Below, one piece after another: positions 51,798-64,000 of a DNA stretch of 64,000 bases. The translations under genes were made by a program, and so were the position numbers. Under the pieces are notes generated by a model. It searched no databases, had not been told where the DNA came from, and saw only the letters and a program-made list of their open reading frames with translations. Source of the stretch: Laetmonice hystrix (lineage: Eukaryota); NCBI GenBank assembly GCA_965235115.1, contig OZ249446.1:8680001-8744000 (forward strand), written 5' to 3'. How positions within the stretch are numbered: position 1 is the first letter of the stretch; every line of letters starts with the position of its first letter.

Positions 51798-54564
51798 CTG
51801 CAAAAAGTAATTTTATACATTATCTCTAAGGAGGTGACGTCCACATCAGAAAGCAACATGGTTATATAACAATACAACGTTGGATACAGGGGCCTATTTC
51901 AGCCTTATTTTGAGATATCCACCGCCACCCCAACCAGCAATGTTCGCAATAATATTGAACAATTTATTATGTGAGCAAAGACGGACATTCTGGTCAGGAC
52001 TTTCGCAAATGTCCACATGATGACAGTAGGTAGGCCTATAGGTCTAACCCTGGTAGATTTTACCCTCTGTGGGGTCCTGCTCGTAATGACATCAAACTTT
52101 GCCTCGGTGAGGACATCAATTTCTTATCCCCATAAAGATACTGGGAGTTTATTGGATTGTTGATGAACTTTACCGTTTAAACTTCCTCACGTGCTACAAC
52201 TCGATCCTCCCCCATCATGGTTATCAATAATCATCAGACGATGCTAAGATAATCTAAGATAAGTTACGGTAAGTAGCCAAAGTATCAATCAAGCGTATAT
52301 AAGCCAAGTCTGGCTTCAGTCTGAGACCCAGATACATAATGAGGTTATATCCAAGTTGGTTATTTGGACCAGAAATAAAAACCTACATGTAGGCCTACTG
52401 ACTTTCAATGACAAATCTGTCAATATTACGGTAAGCCTCCCTAGTTCAAGTACCCGTCATATAAACAGTACACTGTATTGTGTACACTCATAATAACGTG
52501 TAGGCCTAGGCCTACTAGTAGAGGTTACCAGACATAGTGAATTTACTAATTGATTTTTGTAAAGGCCATCCCTGATGACCGTAATCAAGCGACATGTACA
52601 TGCATTAGCCAGATGATATGCCGGCCATGATGATCGAGTCCCGTGTAACAATCTATTTGTTTCCGTCCCCAATGATACTCTGTCCTAATAACGAGTCACA
52701 CAGCATGTCTATGATGTTTTCTGCTTTAATGAAAACACGACTGACAACTGAGGCCACTCGGTACGACTAGCGAGTGAGAGGACCCACGACAGACATACTA
52801 ATACCACCATTACAGTTAGATCGCTTCTTTCGTCCTTTTTATAGTTTCCATATTAATCATTCATCACGCGATATATATAGTTGATCTCCCGCTTAGGTCA
52901 TCTAAATGATAACAGATAGTTTTATCAATTTCAAACACTAATCCTTCACAGGACAATATTTAGTTAACCGGCCAGGCTTATCTACATGTCAAAACTGTAT
53001 GGGATTTTTAAACGTGAATTAGTTATTTTCTGATGTGACTAGCGATAACCCCCCCCCCCCCCCCCATGCTATTAAACCCAAGTCACTCTATTGCTAAAAA
53101 ACTAGTAGGAAATCAACACATAATCCAGCAGTTCATAAGAAATATATGATTTTCTATGTGTACCGAGGTTTTGTTTAGTGCTAACTTTGTTCGTTTTGAT
53201 TACCAAACCTGAGAGAACCTTTGTCTTATAGCCTGACTCTTTAATATTCTTTAAAAAAAATTGATATTCTTGATCTTATCAACCTGTGAATGTAATTACC
53301 TGTTTCAACCCAATAGAACAAAATTGCTAAGTCGGCCATGAGGTTGTCTCCTGCGAGCAGCTAAAACCATTACACCATCATAAAAAGGTGGCGCCGCAGC
53401 CCTGGTGCCTTTTTCTCATCTCGCTCTCGAGGTCCGAGTTTTTTGGCCACTGACGTGTTTCTCGCCCCCCCCCCCCGGACAGAGCTATATTAATTTTGTT
53501 ATACTCAGTACTATAACACCTTTGTCTAGGTCGCTCGCACACCTCACCTAGTCATGTTATGTAGGTAAGGAGTCTAAATCTTTGCAAATTTTACCGCAAT
53601 GTATTCGGGACCAAACTGACTTATCCTCTTCTTAAAGACCAAGTATGTTTTCACATTTACCTTTTTATAAATCGGAAAAAAATGCAGACAAGAGCGGAAC
53701 TCCCCTTTGAAAACTGAAATATAGGGCAAGAATCCAACTCTTTATGAAAGAAATTTTCTAATGCCAGTAATTGGAGAGTAAAGCAGTCGTTATGAAAGGA
53801 ACATTAAGAAAGGAAACCATTACAATCCCTCAATCCTGACAGTCTCAGGACTTGCTCTATGATGTAGTGGGAGGTAACGTAATAGGGAAGAAACATGACA
53901 CAAACATATATCTAACTTGATCACTTGTGGCCCTAACCAAACAAACCTAGTCAATAAAACTAAAACGGATTAAAAGATAACAGGAACCGATTGTATCCAT
54001 GGCAACAAAGGACCACTCCTAGCATCAATGGGCTGCGAACTTGACACCTGTCATTTATGGAGTGATATTGATCACTCAGATTACCATGGTAAGCCTGAAT
54101 ATGCCTTCTTTGCAATAATGGGCTAATCCGTTTGGAGAAACCCAATCAGATGGGGCCTTGGAGGCAAGACATGGCCGAGCAACCTGGAGGCCGACGGATG
54201 TGACAGTGTCTCATGAATAATACCCTCAGATATCACCGCCAATCAACCAACCACCATAGGCTGTCCTGATAGGGGGACAATATTCACCGTGACATGAAGA
54301 AATCCTCTCTACTGATCATATTGAAACCAACAAAGTCATTATCACAATGATATGGCATCACAATATCGCAAAATATCGGATGATTTAGAAACGTAATACG
54401 AGGGTACCTAATGATATCACTCAGAATACGATAATAGTTGTGAAAAACCGGCCATTTGGTGGAGTGGCCTAAGGATAGCCTCATGGCTGCCTGTATCAAC
54501 ATGTCCACATTGTACTGGACCTCAAATCTGGGTTGTACTATTTCAAGTATTTGATTTCCAGACT

Positions 54565-54825
54565 GTGTATGGACCTCCAAGCTTGAAAGGCCTATCTGGC
54601 CTCCAGATTTGGTATTGGACCTCCAGGCTGGCTACGCCTATTGGTACTCCAGGTTACTAAACGGTTAGGTATTGGATCCCAAGGCTTGGTATTGGACCTC
54701 TAGGCTGGGCAGGCCTATTGGACCTCCTGGATAGGCAGGCCTAGTGGACCTCCACACCGGGCACTGGACCTCCAGTCTAGGAACACCTCTTGGAAACTGG
54801 GTAGGCCCTAATGAACCTCCAGGTC
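54565..54825. repeat. Old degenerate repeat of about 20-25-bp units (GTATTGGACCTCCAGGCTGG-like)
   Basis: About ten imperfect GGACCTCCAG / GGCCTA cores in series. Confidence 0.7.
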
Positions 54826-55724
54826 AGTGAGTCTGGGCAGTCAGTGTATGTACCGGAGTGACCGGCCACTAACAGACTGTGACAGGTTGAATTAGTAGTT
54901 AGTTACACTATGAGTATGGATTACTCGACTTTACGTCATGGTTCATTACCTGACCGTGTCACTGTCTACCTGAGAGCACAAGAACACCCATAGAAGGCCC
55001 CACCCTAACACACAAACATCGCCAATAATTACCAACGGCCTGCTAATACTTCAACAACCACTAACACCGCAACTCAGGCTGCCAAAGGTCGAACATGCTC
55101 CAGTGTATTTTTATACCGTAAACGTTATGGCCAAAATTACGACCGATACTTCACATCTCATAAAGTGATGTCTACAAGTGATGTCTACAAGATAAATTCT
55201 GCTTCAAATTTACTTCTACATGACCAAAATCGATTTTACTTAGTTATTCACGTACAAATTTGATATCAGCCTAGCAGTAATCAGTAACGCCCGAGGTCTG
55301 AACCAATCAGAGCTGTCAATAAGCCCAAGGCCCAAAACGGCCAAACTCTAACTGGATGAAGGAGGGAATGAGGCCTTAGTTTGTGGTTGGCCCCGTTATA
55401 AAACTGTCACTGCTGAATAAATAAACCAAGAAATGAAAGATACCGCTGAACCTGCTTCCTTAAAGGTCATTTAAAAATAATTCTCAGTTGCTAGTTGTAA
55501 AATGGCAGTGGCTACAATTTCCCAATTTTATATACTACTAAGTACTAGCATATTGTCATGACATTCGAGGGGACGAAAACACTCACAGTCATTTCTGAAT
55601 TATCCATGCCACATTCATCAAGCCAGTGTTTATAATGTTCCTTCCACTGCTAAGCTGCTAATCTTCTTTCTTTTGAGGGGGTGGGGGTAAAATAGAACAT
55701 CTAATCCGAAATGACGAGTCTTCA

Positions 55725-56254
55725 ACCACCTGAAGTGTTCCTACCATCATGATAATGTCCTAAATTCGACCACCTGAAGTGTTCCTACCATCACGATAAC
55801 GTCCTAAATTCGACCACCTGAAGTGTTCCTACCATCACCATAACGTCCTAAATTCGACCACCTGAAGTGTTCCTACCATCACCATAACGTCCTAAATTCG
55901 ACCACCTGAAGTGTTCGTACCACCACGATAACTTCCTAAATTCGACCACCTGAAGTGTTCCTACCATCACGATAACGTCCTAAATTCGACCACCTGAAGT
56001 GTTCCTACCATCACGATAACGTCCTAAATTCGACCACCTGAAGTGTTCCTACCATCACGATAACGTCCTAAATTCGACCACCTGAAGTGTTCCTACCATC
56101 ACGATAACGTCCTAAATTCGACCACCTTAAGTGTTCGTACCACCATGATAACTTCCTAAATTCGACCACCTGAAGTGTTCGTACCACCACGATAACTTCC
56201 TAAATTCGACCACCTGAAGTGTTCCTACCATCACCATAATGTCCCAAATTCGTC
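55725..56254. repeat. Minisatellite, 44-bp unit, about 12 copies
   Basis: GACCACCTGAAGTGTTCCTACCATCACGATAACGTCCTAAATTC at a 44-nt period; unrelated to the 47654 array. Confidence 0.97.
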
Positions 56255-57339
56255 CCCCCCCTCTCAATCATCATGTTGACTGCACCCGACCTGTCTACTC
56301 TCAGTCTTAGCCTGACCTTCACTGGGTCAGCTTTCTTGCATGCTGAATGTTAACCTACCTGTACGAGGTTTCAATTATTAATGAGTTCTCCTCGAGTTGT
56401 CAATGTGAAAGTAATGACCTCCCCTGAAGTCGCGATGCTATTACTCAAGTGTTGCACAGAAAATCTCATCATTTGAATGAAGTCGAATCTTATAAATCTA
56501 CTACCGGGTACTAAACAAAACATTTATACTCTACATAAAGTGTTATTCCTTCTGTCCCAGTCACCGAAACATAAAAATTACCAAAATACTTGACATAGTT
56601 TTCCCATAAAGACTGCAATGGGCGAGAATTTATCAACGTAGAAATATACGAAATCTTTGAAAAAAATCATTGTAAAATCTCCTATGGAGTGCGCCGGTTA
56701 CTGGTGCTTTCGCCAGTAGCAAGACTGGGTGCTGACGACTTGAGTCTGGATGGTAAATAAATGTCGCCAGCCGGGCTGTGTCCACCCTGCTCAACCCTAC
56801 AGCTGCTTCCACAGCCACTGTCAAACAACCATTTACCGGGGTAGTGGACCCAGTTAAACAACTCGTAATTCCCCCCACTTGTACTCGCCAGACCGGGGGA
56901 ACTTGTTTTCTTATAAACCGGGGAAAGGCACGCATGGAATCAAAAGTCAAAGAAAGGTCCTTTTAGCTGCCCTCAAAGATGACAACTGACGCGAGGGAAA
57001 AGGTTGAATTTTGAGCTGACGTTTCTGACGAGGTCGCAGGTCACTATTGACCAGAGTGTAAAATGGCAGGAAATCCCGGCTTGACTGTAAGTTTACAAAT
57101 TAACTCAGGCGCTAATCTAACATTGTGCAAAATTTCTATTCTCAGCTAATTCGTGGTTCTATTTATCGGTTTCAATTAGCAAGCAGTCTAAATATTGGCA
57201 TGTGTTGATGGCTAGGCCCTGGAGAGTCAACGGATCAGGAACTAATGGAAAGCTATGTCAACGCGGAAACTGATACTGGTAGTACATGTAGTACGGGTAC
57301 TATGTGTGCTGGTTCTGTTGGCAATTCGTTCAGTTAACC

Positions 57340-57705
57340 ATACTGCACCTCCTGTATATTGCACCGATTGCACCATAACTACTCCTGCATACTGCACCGA
57401 TTATACCATAACCACTCCTGCATACTGCACCGATTATACCATAACCACTCCTGCATACTGCACCGATTATACCATAACCACTCCAGCACACTGCACCGAT
57501 TATACCATAACCACTCCTGCATATTGCACCGATTATACCATAACCACTCCTGCACACTGCACCGATTATACCATAACCACTCCTGCACACTGCACCGATT
57601 ATACCATAACCACTCCTGCAAACTGCACCGATCAGTTGGCACCGATTATACCATAACCACTCCAGCATACTGCACCGATTATACCATAACCACTCCTGCA
57701 TATTG
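57340..57705. repeat. Minisatellite, 33-bp unit, about 10-11 copies
   Basis: ACTGCACCGATTATACCATAACCACTCCTGCAT at a 33-nt period. It explains ORFs 57255-57737. Confidence 0.95.
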
Positions 57706-60297
57706 CAGCAGTTGTAACCACTAAGGACTGTATACACTCATACTGCACCAGTTCTAGCTACTCCAACAAATATAGCTCTGACATCAAATAATGTAAAAAT
57801 ATCATGTCAAAAAGTATGTTATACTAATTCACGCATTTACTGACAAAGCTTGTCTGAAAACCTGTCTAACTCTGGTCCTTGGTAAAGTATTTTTCTGAGC
57901 CTAATAGAACCCACTCCCCCACTACACTCAATAACAGGCTGTCAGGCCTGGAGTAGCGGGCCGCAGCGAACAACCCTGCCACAGCTAATGACCAGCCCTG
58001 CTGTATGGGTTAACGACCTATAAGAGACCCATCGTAACATTCCAGTAATAAAATGGAGGCCGGTGGTGGTAGTGGTGCAGGCGGTGGTGGTGCAGTGGTG
58101 CTGTATATTGATGGGGAGCTGACATGACATACTAGAGGCCAACACATGGGTGCTCGGACTGGAGCTCTGTCCCAAGTGTTACAATGGCCGGGTAATCTGC
58201 CGACTATCAATATGTGGACAGCTCCCTTTGTGCTATATGATCTATGTCTGGAGGCGGTTCACAATACCTCACGGTATCTGTAAGCAATATATCCCAACAC
58301 ATACCTGGTGCATGCCAACCACAGGTGTGATACAATATTGACTATGTGTACAACCTGCTCCCAAATTAGGGGTTAAAACCTAATGTGTTTATTCAACAAA
58401 CTCTCTCTCTATCCCTTGAGAAGAGCAAATACACAGGGTCATGGTTTGATTAAGTAGGCATGGCAAGGTTTACTGTTCCTATAGGGCCCGATAATGCAGT
58501 TTTTCCACGGTGCCCGTTATTCCTCGCTCAGAGTTTTCAAAAATTCTAGACACTTTTTGACAGAAACACGGTCTTCCATGTTATCACTTATCAGTGATAT
58601 AACTATATCCTCAGGGGTGGTCGCGGTGATAACGATTCTCGCTGTCTCTATTACCTGCAACCTAGCCTAACCTTTACCTAGATTTATAATGTACTCATCC
58701 ACTTTTTGGATGCCTCAAGGGTCACCAAAGGTCATCAAGGGCACTGGAATAAAGCCTAGCATTTTAAGGCTTTCTTTTCTCAGAATGTGCTAGGATGTGA
58801 CCTAGAATGATTCCTGTGGGATCAGCGAGTTACTGCAAGAACTCTCTGCCTGTAACTGCCTGAGGTATCTTTGTTTATGTCCACAGATCCCAGGCCAAAT
58901 GTTACAAAACACGCACGTCTGTAAATAATCCGGGCTCTCCGTTCATTGATAGATTCCCACAGGAAAACAAATCGGATGCTGATTAGAATATTTCATCACC
59001 CATGAGCTACTCTCTACAGGTTTGCGTCATTTACCATACTGTTCGTGCCATTCAAATGGCAAACACTAATTTCCATATAAAATGATAATCTTAATCCAGC
59101 AATAAATTTTGATTAAAATCACATGAATGTCGTGGCAATAGCTGCATGGTGAACACAGTTTTATTGAGAAATACATTTCTATGCTAACTCTGATTGACAC
59201 AATCTGGCTATTGCACTATGGCTTCAATATTCAACAGAAACACTCATTATCTTACGAGACACTTAGTATTCCTGAAAACTCCCAGGCTCATAGATAATTC
59301 AACTTTGAGACATCTCATCATGCTCATGTAATCTGTCAATGTCAAGTGCAAAACACACATTAAATATCTGATTTTGATATTTTTCCTATCATGTTCCCTT
59401 CCTGCAGAAATTACTTCTGAAATTGTTATTATTATAAGGATGGTTATGATTGCAATATCCTACTACATGTATATTTTTAAGACTATTTAACACTCATCTT
59501 CCCTCTCCCTCTTCCATATTTTCTGTTCAGATCCTGAACCCGGAATAACGGAAAATAAAAACTTAATAAAACGTTACCATAAAAAATATATCTTTCATAT
59601 TAATTCAATATATTCAACAATTTCAAACTATTGATCAGTGAACCAACCCTGCGACAATTTGACAATTCTCTAATTATAACGCTCATCAACCAAACATGAG
59701 ACCTGAGGTCAAATGACCATGTTTTAAACATGACCTCAATTAGTGTCCCAAAGCATGATGCATTCAACCGTGTTTGGATAACATGTAATTAAGAGGGGGT
59801 TGGCTCCGTGTGATCTAGGGACAGATGGTGGGTTCCTATTTCACCCAGTTATGGGGGTGGTGAGCGTTTCTAGGGCAGGCCACCACATGACCTGACCTCG
59901 GGTCAGAACCAACGGGTTTCCAGAACTTGGCAAACAGGAGTTGCATATTAAAGAGAAACAGTTGCAACTTGCAAGCGCATCTGTCTGTTGAGCTACGGAC
60001 ACCTAGTATAAGCTGGAACGATCAATTACTTTTTCAAATTTTCTGATTGAAGGTGAGGATTATTGGGTTAACTAGTAGAGAACCCTTTAATGTCTTTTGA
60101 TGTTGAAAGCCGTTGGGTTGATTATTAAATGAGTCCCCCCCCCCTTGGTGTTTGGGCTGTAACAAAAAGCTGAGCAATAAGGAAGACGCCTTGTTTTCAC
60201 CCAAGTCACACACTCCTCCACAATTCTGTTAGCAAGCCAAGCTGACCCCAGCGTGAAGCCAGCATGACCCCAGCATGCCCCCAGACGTGTGACTTAC

Positions 60298-60593
60298 CCA
60301 GTAGGAAGAGTCCAATCCAATCACTTGCGCTGACTGTCTCCTGGATGTCCCACGACACGACCACGTTGTCGCCTGACCCCAGCATGTAGTCATGCCTGTT
60401 GATGGCGAGGCTCGAACGGTTCTGGAAATTGTGGTGGGCCAGACTTGTGTCGCTGTTAGCACGATCGTGAAGGTTCAGACGTCGCAGACTCACCATACTC
60501 CCGGAGCTCGAGTGGTGGTCATCAAACATTTCTTCAGCTCGAGCCACAAAATCTGAGCTCATACTATGTCGTATTGGACGAGATGCCGCCATA
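60298..60593 (-). CDS. HECW: HECW exon with start of HECW_N domain (MAASRP...RANSDTSL...RSSLAINRHDYMLGSGDNVVVSWDIQETVSASDWIGLFLL)
   Basis: RANSDT and WDI.E.V..SDWIGL are HECW1/2 signatures. Donor CTG G|GTAAGT is phase 1, matching the 51797 exon. The 5' boundary could be CAG at 60596-60594 or TAG at 60614-60612 (both in frame); translation could also begin at ATG 60592. Confidence 0.93.
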
Positions 60594-62703
60594 CTGACAT
60601 CAACCTTGTTTCTATGTTTTGAAATTCAATATTCAACAGATAATATACTGATAATATTTTGAGTGGAGATAATTTTTTTACAGGGTGCCAATAGACAGCT
60701 GCAAACTGAATAACAGCAAATGATTTCCTGTAATGTTCTCAATGGTATCCAGTGTGCTAATCAAGTGAGCAAACATTGTATCAAGACGGTCCAAACATTG
60801 CCAATCAAGCGCCCTGTCAAGAGGTACTTTTCCTTTATAGGATATGCAGAAAGCAAACATCAGGCCGTGTTGGAAGAAGAAATGTGACCCAGTCTGTGGG
60901 CTGGCAACCTGATTCAGCAGTCAAGTTAGCAGGTGTTTGTACTAGATGCCGTTCACACAGCAATGGCCCCAATTTAGGGCACCATAAAATACTGATCCTG
61001 GGACGTAAATCCCTTTAAATGCCGATGAGTCCGGGGCTGCAGATCAATATGGCCTAATACTTTGCCCACTTGTCATCATAGTAGGTTCTCCCAACTGTCC
61101 ACGGCACACAACTGACTGATCCCTGAGTCTCATGTGTCCAATATATACTACATCTGTGCACATCTGAGGGCCAATAAACAACAGATTATCACAAACATCC
61201 ATAACACTTCAGCTGTGCAGACCGTCACTTGCTAAGTCTGTACTGTAATATTGTTTCTCATGATGGATTCTAGTCGGAATTCAAGTGTTTTTTAAACACA
61301 GCTTGTCTAGATCTGTCTGAAGGAAACAATGAGAAGCTACTGGTCTCCAGTTTGTCTTCCTTATCCTCTTCTGTTCACCCCATGTTCCTTTCATTCTCTG
61401 TAAGGAAAACACAAGGACCAAATAAAGTACAAACGTATGAACTAGCTTAATTTTATATATTAAAGAAAGACATAAAATTATGGCCAGAAAGAGTCTAATG
61501 TCCACACAGGGTTGTTTGCTAATGACTAATTTTATAGCTACCTAGTACATGATTAGATTCTCCTAAGTCTAGGATCGGTAACTAGTCTGGAGGCCCAACA
61601 TCTACCAAATACCAAGTATAAATGCTATTCTTTTTTTAAATGCAGTTTCGATTTTTAGGGGCCGACTGACATACTGTATAGTCAGACCTTGTTTATTCTG
61701 TTAATGTTATCTGTACCTGTTATTTATCCAGTTCTTCTTCTGGTAGTTTTCTGACCCTGCTGGTTGCCTCTTCTAACAAATGTGACGTTAACTAACACTG
61801 CAGAAATTAAAGTGGGGAATGCTACCTTCTATGCTACGCAGCAGGACCAGTTGGTAGATTGGTTTTAAACAACCTACACGTTTCTGCCCACCCTTTGTCA
61901 TGTTTTACTTAGCTTTACTAACATTGTCAGATTTTAATTAATCCAATGTTAGGAATGTTAAGGGGCCAAGCTGTGGCACAGGTTCATTCTGATTTCTGAC
62001 TCAATGGCGACCCAATGGCTCTGGCTAACCAAGAGGTGTGAATGAAGCTAACCTCAAGGCCTAGTGGATAATGGGCCCGAAACAAAACTGCACTGAGGAC
62101 CGGGCATGAAAATGAAAGTTTAGGCAATCTTTTTATTCTTTGACTGAAACATTTACAAGGAAACTATAGCCAGATTAAGAAAACCACTTTGACATTGCAT
62201 ACGTACACCAGAGTTCATAACTGTCCATGTAGAATTTCATGTTCTGTTTTGTTGCAAAACCTCAATTGTGACCTCTGACTTACTGAATAGGCCTACACAT
62301 CCTCAGCCAGTGGAGCCAATTAATTTGGAAAGTTAAAACAGACAGAGAGACAGGCTGAGTGAGAAAAACACCCTCCTCTTTCTTATGCCTTTTTTTAATT
62401 TTGTGTGTGCAAAATCTGAGAAAATGTTTATGAATTTGACCTGACAGTATATTTAATTATTTTAATATTTCACATGTATAACAAACATCCCAGAGAAGTA
62501 AAAATCTGAACGCTTTATAAACAATATAAAACAAATTCCGGATCCGTGTCGTCGACGGGCATGGACCATAATCTTACTTCAACTTGCTTGGCCTGGCTTG
62601 GCCTCGCCCCACCCACTGACCCAGGGCCAGGCCTACCCGTCATTGACACTGTCTGGCATACTATTTGGGCAACTATCGCAGCTATTGTAGTATGCGTACG
62701 TAC

Positions 62704-62741
62704 TCTTCAGTTACACTTAATCTGTAGTTGTCCTCCAACAT
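62704..62741 (-). CDS. HECW: Probable first coding exon of the HECW gene (MLEDNYRLSVTE...)
   Basis: ATG at 62741 sits behind a CpG-rich stretch. Donor AGA|GTACGT is phase 2 (GA|) and joins either candidate acceptor of the 60593 exon in frame (GA+T = Asp or GA+A = Glu). No homology support, so inference only. Confidence 0.5.
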
Positions 62742-62930
62742 TGTAACTAGTAACGGCTTATCCCGACGTCGCCTAAATACGGGCAGGGGGAGCCTGCTTG
62801 AGGACGGCCACTTGCGGCGAGTCGGTCCTGCCGCTCGGCCGAGGCTCTGCCTCTCGGCACGTACCCGACCGAGTGAGCCAGAAAGGAGCCTTGTAATTAA
62901 AACAACGAGCGCAGATAACACTACATTTAG
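62742..62930 (-). promoter_or_regulatory. CpG/GC-rich putative 5' UTR / promoter-proximal region of the HECW gene
   Basis: Locally GC- and CpG-rich (about 62760-62880) against AT-rich flanks, directly upstream of the candidate first coding exon. Confidence 0.4.
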
Positions 62931-63227
62931 GATGCAAAAGGTGTAACTGTCAGCAACGTGTGGTTTTCCAATAAGTTCGATAACAGTAAGACATGCTGGG
63001 CATCAAACGCAGCAGAACAAGTGTGCTATTTACCTTAGCTTCTGACCCTCCTAGCCCGAGTTCGCCATGACACACTTTCGAGTATTGCATGCTGGGAAAG
63101 ATCATATTAGTTCTATCAGTTTCCGCCAGACGTCAGCACTGACGCTCTGTTGGCGAATCACAGACAGAGGGCGCACTGCGTAGGCCTATGCCACGCCTGT
63201 GGTGTGTAGGCCTAGGCCCTATGTAAA

Positions 63228-63608
63228 CAGGGGCGTAGGAAAAGGGGGGCAGGGGGGCCATGGCCCCCCCACTTTGAAATGAGGGGGGCCAGAGTATCTT
63301 TTGGCCCCCCCCACTTTTTCCCTCCCCTTGACTTTTGCCATTGGAAGTGTATGGAAGTCTATGGGGGGAGGGTATTTTCTCATATTTCAGACCTTATTTT
63401 GTGCTCTAAGATGCACCAAATGTCACCAAATTACACTATAAATTTCAAAATGTTTCGGGGGGGGGGGGGCATGCCCCGGACCCCCTAGCATGGCTTCGCG
63501 CCTTCGGCGCTCGACCAGTCCCCCGCCAAACTGTAATCCCCCTCGAAAAGTCCTGCACATGGCCCTGTTGGCCCCCCCCTCACTTTTAAAGTGCTTCCTA
63601 CGCCTCTA
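63228..63608. mobile_element. hAT-type MITE-like element, probably composite or nested
   Basis: Termini CAGGGGCGTAGGAA / TTCCTACGCCTCTA (12/14 inverted match) with subterminal GGCCCCCC..ACTTT on both sides. A second terminus-like motif (..GTCCTGCACATGGCCCTG) ends at 63567. No 8-bp TSD found. Confidence 0.55.
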
Positions 63609-64000
63609 GATCCTCTCTCCATCTCTATCTCGGACCCATTTAATGAGGATGTGTCAGGTGCTTGTCAGTAGAGGGCTTTGGTCCAAATCAGAATTAAAGG
63701 GGCATGCTATGAAACACGTTTTGGAGGATTTCCGGCAATTATCCAACATGACCGTGTACTAGGGATCCAAGTAAATACTCCTACCACAGCATTTTGTCCT
63801 CCGACGTGTTTTCGCTGCGTATGCAGCACAAGTAGATCGTCCGGCATCAGAATGCCACCCAAAAAATATTTTACGAAATCGACAGAAAAGCAGGCAAGGG
63901 AGCTTCATAAACTTCGATTTCTCACACAAAATGAAACTGATAAGTCTGTCTTTGTTTACCACGCAATATTAATGAAGGATCTCTTTATGAAAACAGCAAA

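Overview
Eukaryotic (animal-like, probably invertebrate; species not determinable) genomic DNA. The window is almost entirely the 5' part of one large minus-strand gene, a HECW1/HECW2 (NEDL)-type NEDD4-family HECT E3 ubiquitin ligase. I reconstructed six well-supported coding exons by hand (60593-60298, 51797-51687, 51095-50998, 45167-45092, 14949-14780, 4068-3926). All have GT-AG boundaries with matching phases and encode the HECW N-terminal domain and most of the C2 domain. A probable short first coding exon lies at 62741-62704. The WW and HECT exons presumably lie beyond the left edge. The most striking unexplained feature is a 1.8-kb open exon (31742-29948, 598 codons) inside the 30-kb intron. 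It starts at an ATG behind in-frame stops, follows a GC/CpG-rich leader, and ends at a perfect CAG|GTGAGT donor in the phase needed to splice onto the C2 exon. It looks like an alternative first exon that swaps the HECW_N domain and the first C2 strand for a long Gln/Cys/Ser-rich N-terminus carrying a PPxY motif. The introns hold more than a dozen unrelated minisatellite arrays (about 8 kb), some carrying CRE or AP-1 sites, plus Harbinger-type and hAT-type MITEs, a poly(A) retro-tail and a decayed ORF block. Nearly all other ORFs in the supplied track are repeat artefacts or chance. No rRNA, tRNA or CRISPR array is supported.
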